From contig NC_003902.1 of assembly GCF_000007145.1 (NCBI RefSeq), forward strand, positions 3,116,497 to 3,148,496: 32,000 nucleotides of DNA, read 5' to 3'. The stretch comes from Xanthomonas campestris pv. campestris str. ATCC 33913 (lineage in GTDB: Bacteria > Pseudomonadota > Gammaproteobacteria > Xanthomonadales > Xanthomonadaceae). The notes beneath the pieces are model-generated. The model worked only from the letters and a program-made list of their open reading frames with translations, was not told the DNA's origin and did no database searches. Of this stretch, positions 1 to 8,107 are shown piece by piece; the first letter of the stretch is position 1, and every line of letters starts with the position of its first letter. The position numbers and the translations under genes are program-made.

Positions 1-309
1 GGCCGTTTCCCGGTGCTGGCCCACCGCAGCGATGCCGATGGCCGGCAGGTGCAGGTGCTGCTGGGCGCGGACGACAAACACGTGCGTTTCCGCTCGGCGA
101 TCAGCGTGCGCCGTACCGGTGAACACACGCTCGCGGTGACCATGGCTACGCAGGTGCATTGCCGCAACCTGTTCGGGCACCTGTACATGGCGGCGATCCA
201 CCGCACCCATCGTCACTACATCATGCCGGCCATGCTCGGCAGCGCCGCACGGCAGGTGCTGGAGACGGCGCAGCACGCGCAGGCAAGCTGGCGCCCGCAG
301 CCGGCATGA
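1..309 (+). CDS. C-terminal fragment of a DUF2867-like protein (5' end outside window)
   Basis: Frame 1 is open from base 1 (GRFPVLAHRSDADGRQVQVLLGADDKHVRFRS...HCRNLFGHLYMAAIHRTHRHYIMPAML) and stops at TGA 307-309. From memory it resembles the DUF2867 module found at the C-terminus of NAD(P)-binding/SDR-like proteins. The family call is recollection only. Confidence 0.45.
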   Translation, partial: GRFPVLAHRSDADGRQVQVLLGADDKHVRFRSAISVRRTGEHTLAVTMATQVHCRNLFGHLYMAAIHRTHRHYIMPAMLGSAARQVLETAQHAQASWRPQPA

Positions 310-398
310 AACGCACGACGCGGAGGCGGCAGGCCATCACCTTGCCTTTGCCTGCCGCTACCTAGGCTTTGCGTTCCCACCACTCAGGACCAACGCCC

Positions 399-692
399 AT
401 GCCGACTCTTCGCATGCGTATCACCGGCACCGACGACGATGCCCGCGCCATTGGCAATCTGTTGCAGAGCATCGAAGGCATCGAGCACGTCGAGGAAGTC
501 GACGATCTGATGCCGCACCTGGACGATGACGACTCCAGTTCGGCAGGTCTGTCCGACGACGAAGGTCCGGGCACGCACGAATTCGAAGTGGAAGCCGGCA
601 ACGAATCCACCGCGCAAAAGGTGCGCGACGCCGTGCAGGAACTGGCGCTGCAGCTGGATGTCTTCATTGAATTCGAGGTCGACGAGGGCTAA
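399..692 (+). CDS. small, highly acidic hypothetical protein (97 aa)
   Basis: The track ORF 369..692 starts on TTG. The first ATG is at 399, with AGGAC about 10 nt upstream. GC3 is high and the protein has long D/E runs (DDLMPHLDDDDSSSAGLSDDEG). No family recognised. Confidence 0.55.
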   Translation: MPTLRMRITGTDDDARAIGNLLQSIEGIEHVEEVDDLMPHLDDDDSSSAGLSDDEGPGTHEFEVEAGNESTAQKVRDAVQELALQLDVFIEFEVDEG

Positions 693-895
693 GAGCGGCT
701 AACAAAACGTAGCGAGCAGCCGTCAGGTGGGTGCGGACGGCGCGGAGAAACCGGAGTGTACGTGGGTACATGCCGATTCCGAGCACCGGCCGCGCCCGCC
801 TGGCGGCTGCGCAGTCGTTTTGATAGCTGCTCTAAGCCCGCATCGCACTGCCGCATCTGGGCAGGCCAGCGCTGTGCGTCGGCCTGCCTGACGCG

Positions 896-1696
896 TCACA
901 CCACCCGGCGGCGCCGCGCCCGCCAGCGCCACGCCAGCCGCAGCAACCAGCCGACAATGGCCAGCACCACCACGACCGGCACCAGTGCCGCCACCGCACG
1001 GATGACGAAGGCTACGCTGGACGCAAACACCTGACCGAACTCGGCAGCCGCTTCGGCAATCTCGCCGCGGCCCTGTTCGCCGCTTGTCCCGCGGAACTCG
1101 ATGGTCAGCAACTGCGTGCGCACGCGGCGCTGCTGTTGCGCAGCCTGTTGCTGGGTCTGCTGCGCTTCGGCTTCGATCTCGGCCAGCCGCTTGGACAAGG
1201 CCAACAGATCCGTCACCGCCAGATCATGCCGCTGTTGCAGCTGCAGCAGCCGGGCATGTTCGTTTTGCAGGCGCGCTTGCGCCAGGCCGGTGTCGGCGAT
1301 CTGCTGCGCCAGGTCTTCGGCATGCGTGGTGCGCGCGGCCACATCGCCTTGCTGGCCAGCCAGCTGCACCAACGGGTCCACGCCGTCCGGCGCCACGCGC
1401 ACGCGAATGCTGCCACTGGGCGCGCGCCCGCCTTCCTGCGACACCGCCAGCAACGCGCAATCGCCGTACTGCGCCGACTGGCAGGCGGTGCGCACTGCGG
1501 TGATGCGTGGGCCGATCTGGTCGGCGGCCAAGTCGATCCGCACTTCGTGCTCATACGCCAGCAAATTGCCCTGGCCGGACGGCGGCGCCGCCGGCGCAGC
1601 GGCTCCGCCGGCAAGCTCGCGCTGCTGTTTCGCGCAGCCTGCCACAAGGCCACAGGACAACAACGCCAGCAGCACCGTGCGCAGCGCGGCGCTCAT
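896..1696 (-). CDS. DUF4349-type lipoprotein (lipobox, coiled coil, C-terminal TM anchor)
   Basis: ATG at 1694-1696 (minus) with AAGGAG 7 nt upstream. Signal peptide with lipobox LLSCGLVAGC. The central region is Gln/Leu-rich and coiled-coil-like (LQNEHARLLQLQQR...AEIEAEAQQTQQQAAQQQ). A C-terminal hydrophobic helix is followed by an Arg-rich tail. This architecture matches DUF4349 as I remember it. The longer track ORF (to 1795) adds an Arg/His-rich leader that looks non-coding. Confidence 0.7.
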   Translation of the reverse strand: MSAALRTVLLALLSCGLVAGCAKQQRELAGGAAAPAAPPSGQGNLLAYEHEVRIDLAADQIGPRITAVRTACQSAQYGDCALLAVSQEGGRAPSGSIRVRVAPDGVDPLVQLAGQQGDVAARTTHAEDLAQQIADTGLAQARLQNEHARLLQLQQRHDLAVTDLLALSKRLAEIEAEAQQTQQQAAQQQRRVRTQLLTIEFRGTSGEQGRGEIAEAAAEFGQVFASSVAFVIRAVAALVPVVVVLAIVGWLLRLAWRWRARRRRVV

Positions 1697-1918
1697 CGGC
1701 TGGCTCCTTCGGCCGCATGGCACGGCGAGCAATTGCAGCCGTCCACGCCACGGATGGGGGTTTCGGTGTGCAGATCGAACGCGATGCGTCCGCAATCAAA
1801 ACTGCCGGTGTCGTGCATGGTCCACCTCCTTGGAAGGTGGCCAGGGTAAACCAATGGCGGATGCGGCCGGCAGCCTGGATGCCTATGCTGGGCGATTGCT
1901 ACCACCCAGGACTCACGA

Positions 1919-3721
1919 ATGCGTCAACGCCTGCTCGTCCTCGCCCTGCTCGCCGGTCTCAGCGCCTGCCAGCAGCCCGAACCGCCGCGTGCCGGCACCG
2001 CCGCCGTCACTGCACAGGATGCGCAGAGCCCGGATGCGCGCTTTGCCGCGCTCTCCAAGCACGCGCTGGACACCTGGATGCAACTGTCGCCGGTCAATGC
2101 CACCCAGGTCGGCGACCACCGCTTCGACAGCCAGCTCGATGATCTGAGCACCGCCGGCCGCCAGCGCAGCCTGGACGCCGGCAAGCAGCTGCTGACCGAG
2201 CTCGATGCGCTGGACGTCAGCAAGCTCTCGCGCGAAAACCAGGTGGACGCAGCGATCCTGCGCAACCAGCTGCAATCGGAAATCTGGAACACCGAGGTGT
2301 TGCAGAGCTGGGCCTGGGACCCGCAGGTCTACAACGGCCTGGCAGGCAGCGCGCTTTACAGCCTGATGGCGCGTGAATTCGCACCGCTGCCCGAGCGCCT
2401 GGACTCGGCTACCCAGCGCATGGAAAAGATCCCCAGCCTGCTCGCGCAAGCGCGCGAGAACCTGGATCCGGCGCGCGTGCCCAAGATCCATGCCGAGACG
2501 GTAGCCAAGCAGAACAAGGGCATCCTCAGCATCGTCGACACCTTCATCGCGCCCAACATCGGCCAGCTGTCCCCGCCCGATGCCGCGCGTGCGCAGGCCG
2601 CCATCGACAACCTGAAGAAAGCGGTGACCGAGCAGCAAACCTGGCTGGACACGGTGCTGGTGCCCAATGCCAAGGGCGACTTCCGCGTGGGCGCGGACAA
2701 GTACGACCAGAAGCTGAAGTTCGCGCTGTTGTCGTCGCTGTCGCGTGCGGAGATCAAGCAGCGTGCCGAGTCCGAGCTCACGCGCGTGCGCTCGGAGATG
2801 TATGGCATTGCGCGCACCGTGCTCAAGGACAAGCCCGGCGCGCCGGCCCTGCCGGATGCGCCCAGCGATGCCCAGCAGCAGGCCGCGATCGAGGCGGCGC
2901 TGGAGCTGGCCTACGCCGACAAGCCGGCACGCGACAAGGTGGTGGACGATGCCAAGGCAGCGCTCGCGCAATCCACCGAATTCGTGCGCCAGAAAGATCT
3001 GATGACCCTGCCCGATTCGCCGGTGGACATCATCCTGATGCCGGAATTCCAGCGCGGCGTGGCGGTGGCCTACTGCGATTCGCCCGGCCCGCTCGACAAG
3101 AACCTCAAGACGTTCTATGCGGTGTCGCCGATCCCCGACGACTGGAATGCCAAGCAGGTCGATTCGTTCCTGCGCGAATACAACAGCCGCATGATCCACC
3201 TGCTCAGCATCCACGAAGGCACCCCGGGCCATTACCTGGAAGGCTGGCACTCCGGCAAGTTCCCCTCCACGCTGCGCGCGGTGCTGCGCTCGGGCATGTT
3301 TGCCGAAGGCTGGGCGGTCTACACCGAACGCATGATGCAGGAACAGGGCTACCTGGATAACGACCCGTTATTCCACCTGGTGCAGCTCAAGTTCTATCTG
3401 CGCACGATCGCCAACGCGATCCTCGACCAGGGCGTACACGTGGACGGCTGGGATCGCGACAAGGCGATGCACCTGATGACCCACGACACCTTCCAGCAGG
3501 AAAGCGAAGCGTCGGGCAAGTGGGTGCGTGCGCAGCTGTCGTCGGCCCAGTTGCCGACCTACTTCGTGGGCGTGCAGGAGCATCTGGATACGCGCAAGGC
3601 GGTGCAGGACAAGCTGGGCAGCACCTTCAATCTGAAGGCCTACCACGACAAGATCCTGTCCTACGGCGCGCCGCCGGTGCGCTTTGCACGCGAGTTGATG
3701 CTGGATCAGCCGATTCAGTGA
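1919..3721 (+). CDS. DUF885 family lipoprotein (putative metallopeptidase-like)
   Basis: 600-aa ORF with ATG 1919 and AGGA upstream. Lipoprotein signal MRQRLLVLALLAGLSAC. Contains the C-terminal SIHEGTPGHYLEG motif characteristic of DUF885. Coding-like composition throughout. Confidence 0.85.
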   Translation: MRQRLLVLALLAGLSACQQPEPPRAGTAAVTAQDAQSPDARFAALSKHALDTWMQLSPVNATQVGDHRFDSQLDDLSTAGRQRSLDAGKQLLTELDALDVSKLSRENQVDAAILRNQLQSEIWNTEVLQSWAWDPQVYNGLAGSALYSLMAREFAPLPERLDSATQRMEKIPSLLAQARENLDPARVPKIHAETVAKQNKGILSIVDTFIAPNIGQLSPPDAARAQAAIDNLKKAVTEQQTWLDTVLVPNAKGDFRVGADKYDQKLKFALLSSLSRAEIKQRAESELTRVRSEMYGIARTVLKDKPGAPALPDAPSDAQQQAAIEAALELAYADKPARDKVVDDAKAALAQSTEFVRQKDLMTLPDSPVDIILMPEFQRGVAVAYCDSPGPLDKNLKTFYAVSPIPDDWNAKQVDSFLREYNSRMIHLLSIHEGTPGHYLEGWHSGKFPSTLRAVLRSGMFAEGWAVYTERMMQEQGYLDNDPLFHLVQLKFYLRTIANAILDQGVHVDGWDRDKAMHLMTHDTFQQESEASGKWVRAQLSSAQLPTYFVGVQEHLDTRKAVQDKLGSTFNLKAYHDKILSYGAPPVRFARELMLDQPIQ

Positions 3722-3727
3722 CCGCGT

Positions 3728-4315
3728 CCCTCTCCCCTCGGGAGAAGGTGCCCCGCAGGGGCGGATGAGGGTGCGGGCGAAGCCTCGTGTAGTCCAACTA
3801 GCGAGTGGCTACGCCCCGTACCCTCACCCCAACCCCTCTCCCGAGGGGAGAGGGGCTTGATGAAGAGCTGCCTGCATCCCTTCTCCCCTTCGGGAGAAGA
3901 TGCCCCGCAGGGGCGAATGAGGGTGCGGGCGAAGCTTCGTGTAGTCCAACTAGCGAGTGGCTACGCGCCGTACCCTCACCCCAACCCCTCTCCCGAGGGG
4001 AGAGGGGCTTGATGAAGAGCTGCCTGCATCCCTTCTCCCACCGGGAGAAGGTGCCCCGCAGGGGCGGATGAGCGTGCGGGCGAAGCCTCGTGTGGTCCAA
4101 CTAGCGAGTGGCTACGCCCCGTACCCTCACCCCAACCCCTCTCCCGACGGGAGAGGGGCTTGATGAAAAGCTGCCGGCGTCCCTTCTCCCCTCGGGAGAA
4201 GGTGCCCCGTAGGGGCGGATGAGGGTACGGGCGAAGCCTCGTGTAGTCCAACTAGCCAGTGGCTACGCCCCCTACCCTTACCCCAACCCCTCTCCCGAGG
4301 GGAGAGGGGCTTGGA
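3728..4315. repeat. tandem array, about 3.9 copies of a 151-152 bp composite palindromic (REP/BIME-like) unit
   Basis: Unit starts at 3728, 3879, 4031 and 4182 (periods 151/152/151), with the last copy truncated near 4315. Copies differ by only a few substitutions or 1-nt indels. Each unit carries CTTCTCCC-n-GGGAGAAG, GCCCC-GCA-GGGGC, GAGGGTGCGG...CCGTACCCTC enclosing GTAGTCCA...TGGCTAC, and a perfect CCCCTCTCCC-GAG-GGGAGAGGGG. Confidence 0.9.
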
Positions 4316-4389
4316 TGCTCGCTAATTTCCGTTGGCAAGTTTTCAAGCCACACGAAGCCAATTGCGTGTCCTCACGCGTCGCTTTTCCG

Positions 4390-6222
4390 TCACGCATCCG
4401 CCGCAACAAACCCACCGGTCTGCCGCGCCCATAGCCGGGCGTAAAGGCCGCCGTGCGCGATCAGTTCCGCATGCGTGCCTGTCTCGACGATGCGCCCACC
4501 ATCCATCACCACCAGGCGATCCATGCGCGCGATGGTCGAAAGCCGGTGCGCAATCGCAATGACGGTCTTGTCACTCATCAACGCATCCAGGCTGTCCTGG
4601 ATGGCCGCTTCCACTTCCGAATCCAGCGCAGAGGTGGCCTCGTCCAGGATCAGGATCGGCGCGTCTTTCAGCAGCACGCGTGCGATGGCGATGCGCTGGC
4701 GCTGGCCACCCGACAACTTGACCCCGCGTTCGCCCACATGTGCATCAAAACCGCGGCGGCCTTCGCCATCCACCAGCGTGTCGATAAAGCCATCTGCACG
4801 CGCCTTGTGCACTGCGTCCAGCAGTTGCGCCTCGGTGGCCTGCGGGCGGCCGTACAGCAGATTGTCGCGAATGGAACGGTGCAGCAGCGAGGTGTCCTGC
4901 GTGACCAGACCAATCTGCCCGCGCAGGCTTTCCTGCGTGACCTGGGCGATGTCCTGGCCATCGATCAGGATGCGCCCCTGCTCCAGGTCGTACAGGCGCA
5001 GCAGCACATTGACCAACGTCGACTTGCCCGCGCCGGAGGGCCCCACCAGACCGATCTTTTCCCCGGCGCGTACCTGCAGATCCAGCCCGGCAATCACCCC
5101 GCCGCGCTTGCCGTAATGGAAGTGGATCTGGTCGAAATGCACGGCGCCGCGTGTCACCTGCAGCGGCAGCGCGGTGGGCTGGTCCTGCACCGTCAGTGGC
5201 TGGGCAATGGTCTGCATGCCGTCCTGCACGCTGCCGATGTCTTCGAAAATGCCGTTCACCGTCCACATGATCCAGCCGGACATGTTGTGGATGCGGATCA
5301 CCAGCCCGGTGGCCAGCGTAATGGCGCCCACGCTGATCTGGCCGCGGCTCCACAGCCACAACGCCAGCCCGCAGGTGCCCACGATCAGGAAGCCGTTGGC
5401 GATGGCGATGGCGGTGTCCATTGCGGTGGTCACGCGTGTCTGCAGGCGATGCTTGACCGCCAGCTCGTCGATCGCGTCGCGCACGTAGGCCTCTTCGCTG
5501 CGCGCATGCGAAAACAGCTTGAGCGTGGCGATATTGGTGTAGCCATCCACGATGCGCCCGGTGGCCTTGGAGCGCGCGTCCGATGCCACCCACGCACGCG
5601 CCTTCATGCGCGGCACGAAGAACGCCATCAGCCCCACATACACCACCAGCCAACACAGCAGCGGCACCATCAACCATGGGTCGGCCTGCGCGAACAACCA
5701 CAGTGCGCTGCCGGTATAGACCACGATGTACCAGAGTGCATCGACCATCTGCACCGCCGATTCGCGCAGCGAGGTGCCGGTCTGCATCACGCGGTTGGCG
5801 ATACGCCCGGCAAAATCGTTGTGGAAGAACGCCAGACTCTGGCGCACCACGTAGTTGTGCATCAGCCAGCGCGAGCGGTTGCTCAGGCCCGGCACGATGG
5901 CCTGATTGACCAGCAGGTTATGCAGCCCGGTGAAGAACGGCCGCGCCACCAGCGTGATCGCCGCCATCCACACCAGCTCGCCAGCATGGCGACGGAAGAA
6001 CTCCGGCCCCGGCTGCTCGGCCAGCATGTCGACGATGCGGCCGAGGAAGTCGAACATCGCCACTTCCACCAGCGCCAGCAGTAGTCCGGCGATCAAGGTC
6101 GCTAACAGAATTGGCCACAACGGCCGCAGGTAATGCAGGTAAAAGCGCCACACGCTGCGTGGCGGCATCTCTCGCTCGATGGGCGGAAAGGTGTCGATCA
6201 GGGATTCGAACCAGCGGAACAT
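4390..6222 (-). CDS. ABC transporter, fused permease/ATP-binding protein (exporter type)
   Basis: N-terminal multi-TM domain plus a C-terminal NBD with Walker A GPSGAGKST, signature LSGGQRQR and Walker B ILILDEATSALD. I chose the ATG at 6220-6222 (MFRWFESLID...). A GTG 9 nt upstream (6229-6231) is an alternative start. Confidence 0.9.
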   Translation of the reverse strand: MFRWFESLIDTFPPIEREMPPRSVWRFYLHYLRPLWPILLATLIAGLLLALVEVAMFDFLGRIVDMLAEQPGPEFFRRHAGELVWMAAITLVARPFFTGLHNLLVNQAIVPGLSNRSRWLMHNYVVRQSLAFFHNDFAGRIANRVMQTGTSLRESAVQMVDALWYIVVYTGSALWLFAQADPWLMVPLLCWLVVYVGLMAFFVPRMKARAWVASDARSKATGRIVDGYTNIATLKLFSHARSEEAYVRDAIDELAVKHRLQTRVTTAMDTAIAIANGFLIVGTCGLALWLWSRGQISVGAITLATGLVIRIHNMSGWIMWTVNGIFEDIGSVQDGMQTIAQPLTVQDQPTALPLQVTRGAVHFDQIHFHYGKRGGVIAGLDLQVRAGEKIGLVGPSGAGKSTLVNVLLRLYDLEQGRILIDGQDIAQVTQESLRGQIGLVTQDTSLLHRSIRDNLLYGRPQATEAQLLDAVHKARADGFIDTLVDGEGRRGFDAHVGERGVKLSGGQRQRIAIARVLLKDAPILILDEATSALDSEVEAAIQDSLDALMSDKTVIAIAHRLSTIARMDRLVVMDGGRIVETGTHAELIAHGGLYARLWARQTGGFVAADA

Positions 6223-6538
6223 GGGGCGCACTTCGGGTCTATCGGGGCGTCAGGCTAGCCGATCGGGCGTCAAGCCGCAGTGGCGACGTGCGGTGCACTG
6301 CGGCGACGGCATGCGCAGGCGTGTGATCACGGCCGTCGTGATTGCCGACTTCAGCGTCTTTTTAGGGCAGCCAGATCCCGCGCAATGCGTTCGCGATGAA
6401 AGCCGCGCAGACGCTCCTTCAACGCCGATATTGCGGGCCACGCAAGGCGGCGGCCGCGCACAACGCCGCCATCAAGCAGCTTCATGATTGCAATCTGCTG
6501 TGCCGGTGCACGCTACGCGGCATGCACCAGCTGCCGGC

Positions 6539-7804
6539 TCAGCGGCCCTGCAGGCTCGGCACCGCGTCGCTCACGTGGGCGTGGCAGCGCATGATCCAGT
6601 TGAATAGCGGCGTGGCCATCAAGGTGGACAAAATCGCCATCAGCACCAGCACCGAGAACAGGCCTTGTTCGATCACCCCGGCCTGCAGGCCGATGTTGAT
6701 GATGATCAGCTCCATCAGGCCACGCGCGTTCATCAGCGAACCGATCGCCATCGCGTCGCGGTTGTTCTCGCCGGTGGCACGCGCCGCCGCCCAGCAGGCC
6801 ACGCCCTTGCCGATGAACGAGGCCGCCAGGATCGCCACGCCAGCCAGCATGATCTGCGGCTGCATCAGCACGCTGAGCTGGGTCTTGAGCCCCGAGTAAG
6901 TGAAGAACAGCGGCAGCAGCAACACCACCACGAACGGCTGCATCATCGCGCGCAGCTTTTCGGTCAACGCCCCCTTCGGCAGGCAGGCACCGAGCAGGAA
7001 GCCGCCGAACACCGCATGGATACCGATCGCATCCATCGCCCAGGCGCTGAGGCAGAACAGCATCAGGATGACCGCCAACACGCCGTTGCCGAGCGGCTGA
7101 TCGGGCACCACGTAATCAGACAACCGGCGCAGAAGGTGGCGCCCGACAAAAAGCATGAACAACGCGTAGGCCACGCCGCCGCCGATGGCCAGATACGCGC
7201 TACCCCAGCTGCCACCGAAGCTCGCCAGCACCACGGCCAGGATGCACCACGCCGCCGCATCGTCGAACGCGCCGGCGGTGAGCGCCAGCGTGCCCAACGG
7301 GCTGTTGGTGAGGCCGCGCTCGTGGATGATGCGCGCCAGCATCGGGAAGGCAGTGATGGCGATGGCCGCACCCAGGAACAGCGAAGCCTCCATCAGCTTG
7401 GCCTTTTCGGAGAACAGGCCCTGCACGTTGATCAACCACGGGCACAGCGCAAACGCCAACGCAAACGGCACTGCGATGCCGGCCAACGACACGCTCATGG
7501 CACTGCGATAGCGCGCCTTGAAGTGGTCGCCACGAAAGTCGGTGCCGACCAGGAACATGTACAGGCCCACGCCGAACTGCGCGAATACGTACAGCACGTC
7601 CATGGTTTGCTTGGGAAACAGCGCCGTCTGCAGATCCGGCAGCACCAGTCCGAACAGCGACGGCCCCAGCATCACGCCGGCAATCATCTCGCCCACCACC
7701 TGCGGTTGACCTATGCGCTTGGCCAGCAGACCGACCACACGGCACGCCAGCAGGATCGCGGCGGCCTGCAAAAAGAAATACACCGACATCTGCGGAGTGG
7801 TCAT
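6539..7804 (-). CDS. cation:proton antiporter (CPA2 / Kef-NapA type)
   Basis: 421 aa from ATG 7802-7804 (MTTPQMSVYFFLQAAAILLACRVVGLLAKRIGQPQVVGEMIAGVMLGPS), the typical N-terminus of Na+/H+-exchanger family proteins. Polytopic and hydrophobic throughout. The upstream 47 codons of the track ORF are Arg/Ser-rich and unlikely to be coding. Confidence 0.85.
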   Translation of the reverse strand: MTTPQMSVYFFLQAAAILLACRVVGLLAKRIGQPQVVGEMIAGVMLGPSLFGLVLPDLQTALFPKQTMDVLYVFAQFGVGLYMFLVGTDFRGDHFKARYRSAMSVSLAGIAVPFALAFALCPWLINVQGLFSEKAKLMEASLFLGAAIAITAFPMLARIIHERGLTNSPLGTLALTAGAFDDAAAWCILAVVLASFGGSWGSAYLAIGGGVAYALFMLFVGRHLLRRLSDYVVPDQPLGNGVLAVILMLFCLSAWAMDAIGIHAVFGGFLLGACLPKGALTEKLRAMMQPFVVVLLLPLFFTYSGLKTQLSVLMQPQIMLAGVAILAASFIGKGVACWAAARATGENNRDAMAIGSLMNARGLMELIIINIGLQAGVIEQGLFSVLVLMAILSTLMATPLFNWIMRCHAHVSDAVPSLQGR

Positions 7805-8107
7805 GCGTGGACGGCGTCCCTGAGAGTTGCGCGGATCATAGCGAGCCAGGCCGGTGGGCGATAGCGCCGACGGGCTACGCGCACAGGTGACCTGCAAGCA
7901 GTTGCGTTCGTTACGCGACAGGCGGGCGCGACTGCGGGACCGCATTGCGAGGGCAGCCGATGGGCCGCCACCGACCGTTCAGAGGCCGTGCTCCATGGCG
8001 GCTGGTCAGCCACGCGACGCAGATTGAGTTCGGCCGAAATCAGGCGGCCGCGTGTCTGCTTGCGCCGCGGCCCGGCGGCCCCTGCAGGGCCACCGGTGCG
8101 CGCCAGT

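Noticed and set aside
860-888. GGCAGGCC-n13-GGCCTGCC hairpin just downstream of the DUF4349 stop, considered as a terminator.
   Set aside because: The loop is large, the stem is only 8 bp, and no U-tract follows on the relevant strand. That is too weak to call.
1913-3250. Long antisense or off-frame ORFs listed in the track. Examples: 1913..3250(-), 4453..6084(+), 6665..7864(+), 8467..10272(+), 14060..15247(+), 16536..18452(+), 17638..19656(-), 25247..26242(-), 27168..28877(-), 30404..31699(-), 30987..31991(-).
   Set aside because: Each overlaps a gene on the other strand or frame that has clear family motifs. Their translations are Arg/Ala/Gly/His/Pro-rich low-complexity strings, typical of stop-poor alternative frames in high-GC DNA. 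None shows a recognisable motif or a sensible start context.
3728-4315. Possibility that the regular repeat array is a CRISPR locus.
   Set aside because: The copies are contiguous, with no unique spacers between them. The unit is about 150 bp rather than 25-40 bp. No cas genes or leader are present in the window.
3798-4444. ORFs of 60-100 aa on both strands inside the tandem repeat (peptides such as ...TPTPLPRGEGLDEELPASLL... and ...SPREKVPRRGG).
   Set aside because: They are translations of the 151-bp repeat itself. The same peptide recurs with the repeat period on both strands, which is the signature of repeat DNA rather than genes.
6351-6485. 44-aa minus-strand ORF (MKLLDGGVVRGRRLAWPAISALKERLRGFHRERIARDLAALKRR) in the gap between the antiporter and the ABC exporter.
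   Set aside because: It is short, has an atypically low GC3 for this genome and no clear RBS, and I recognise no family. It more likely lies in the ABC gene's promoter/leader region or is a relic.
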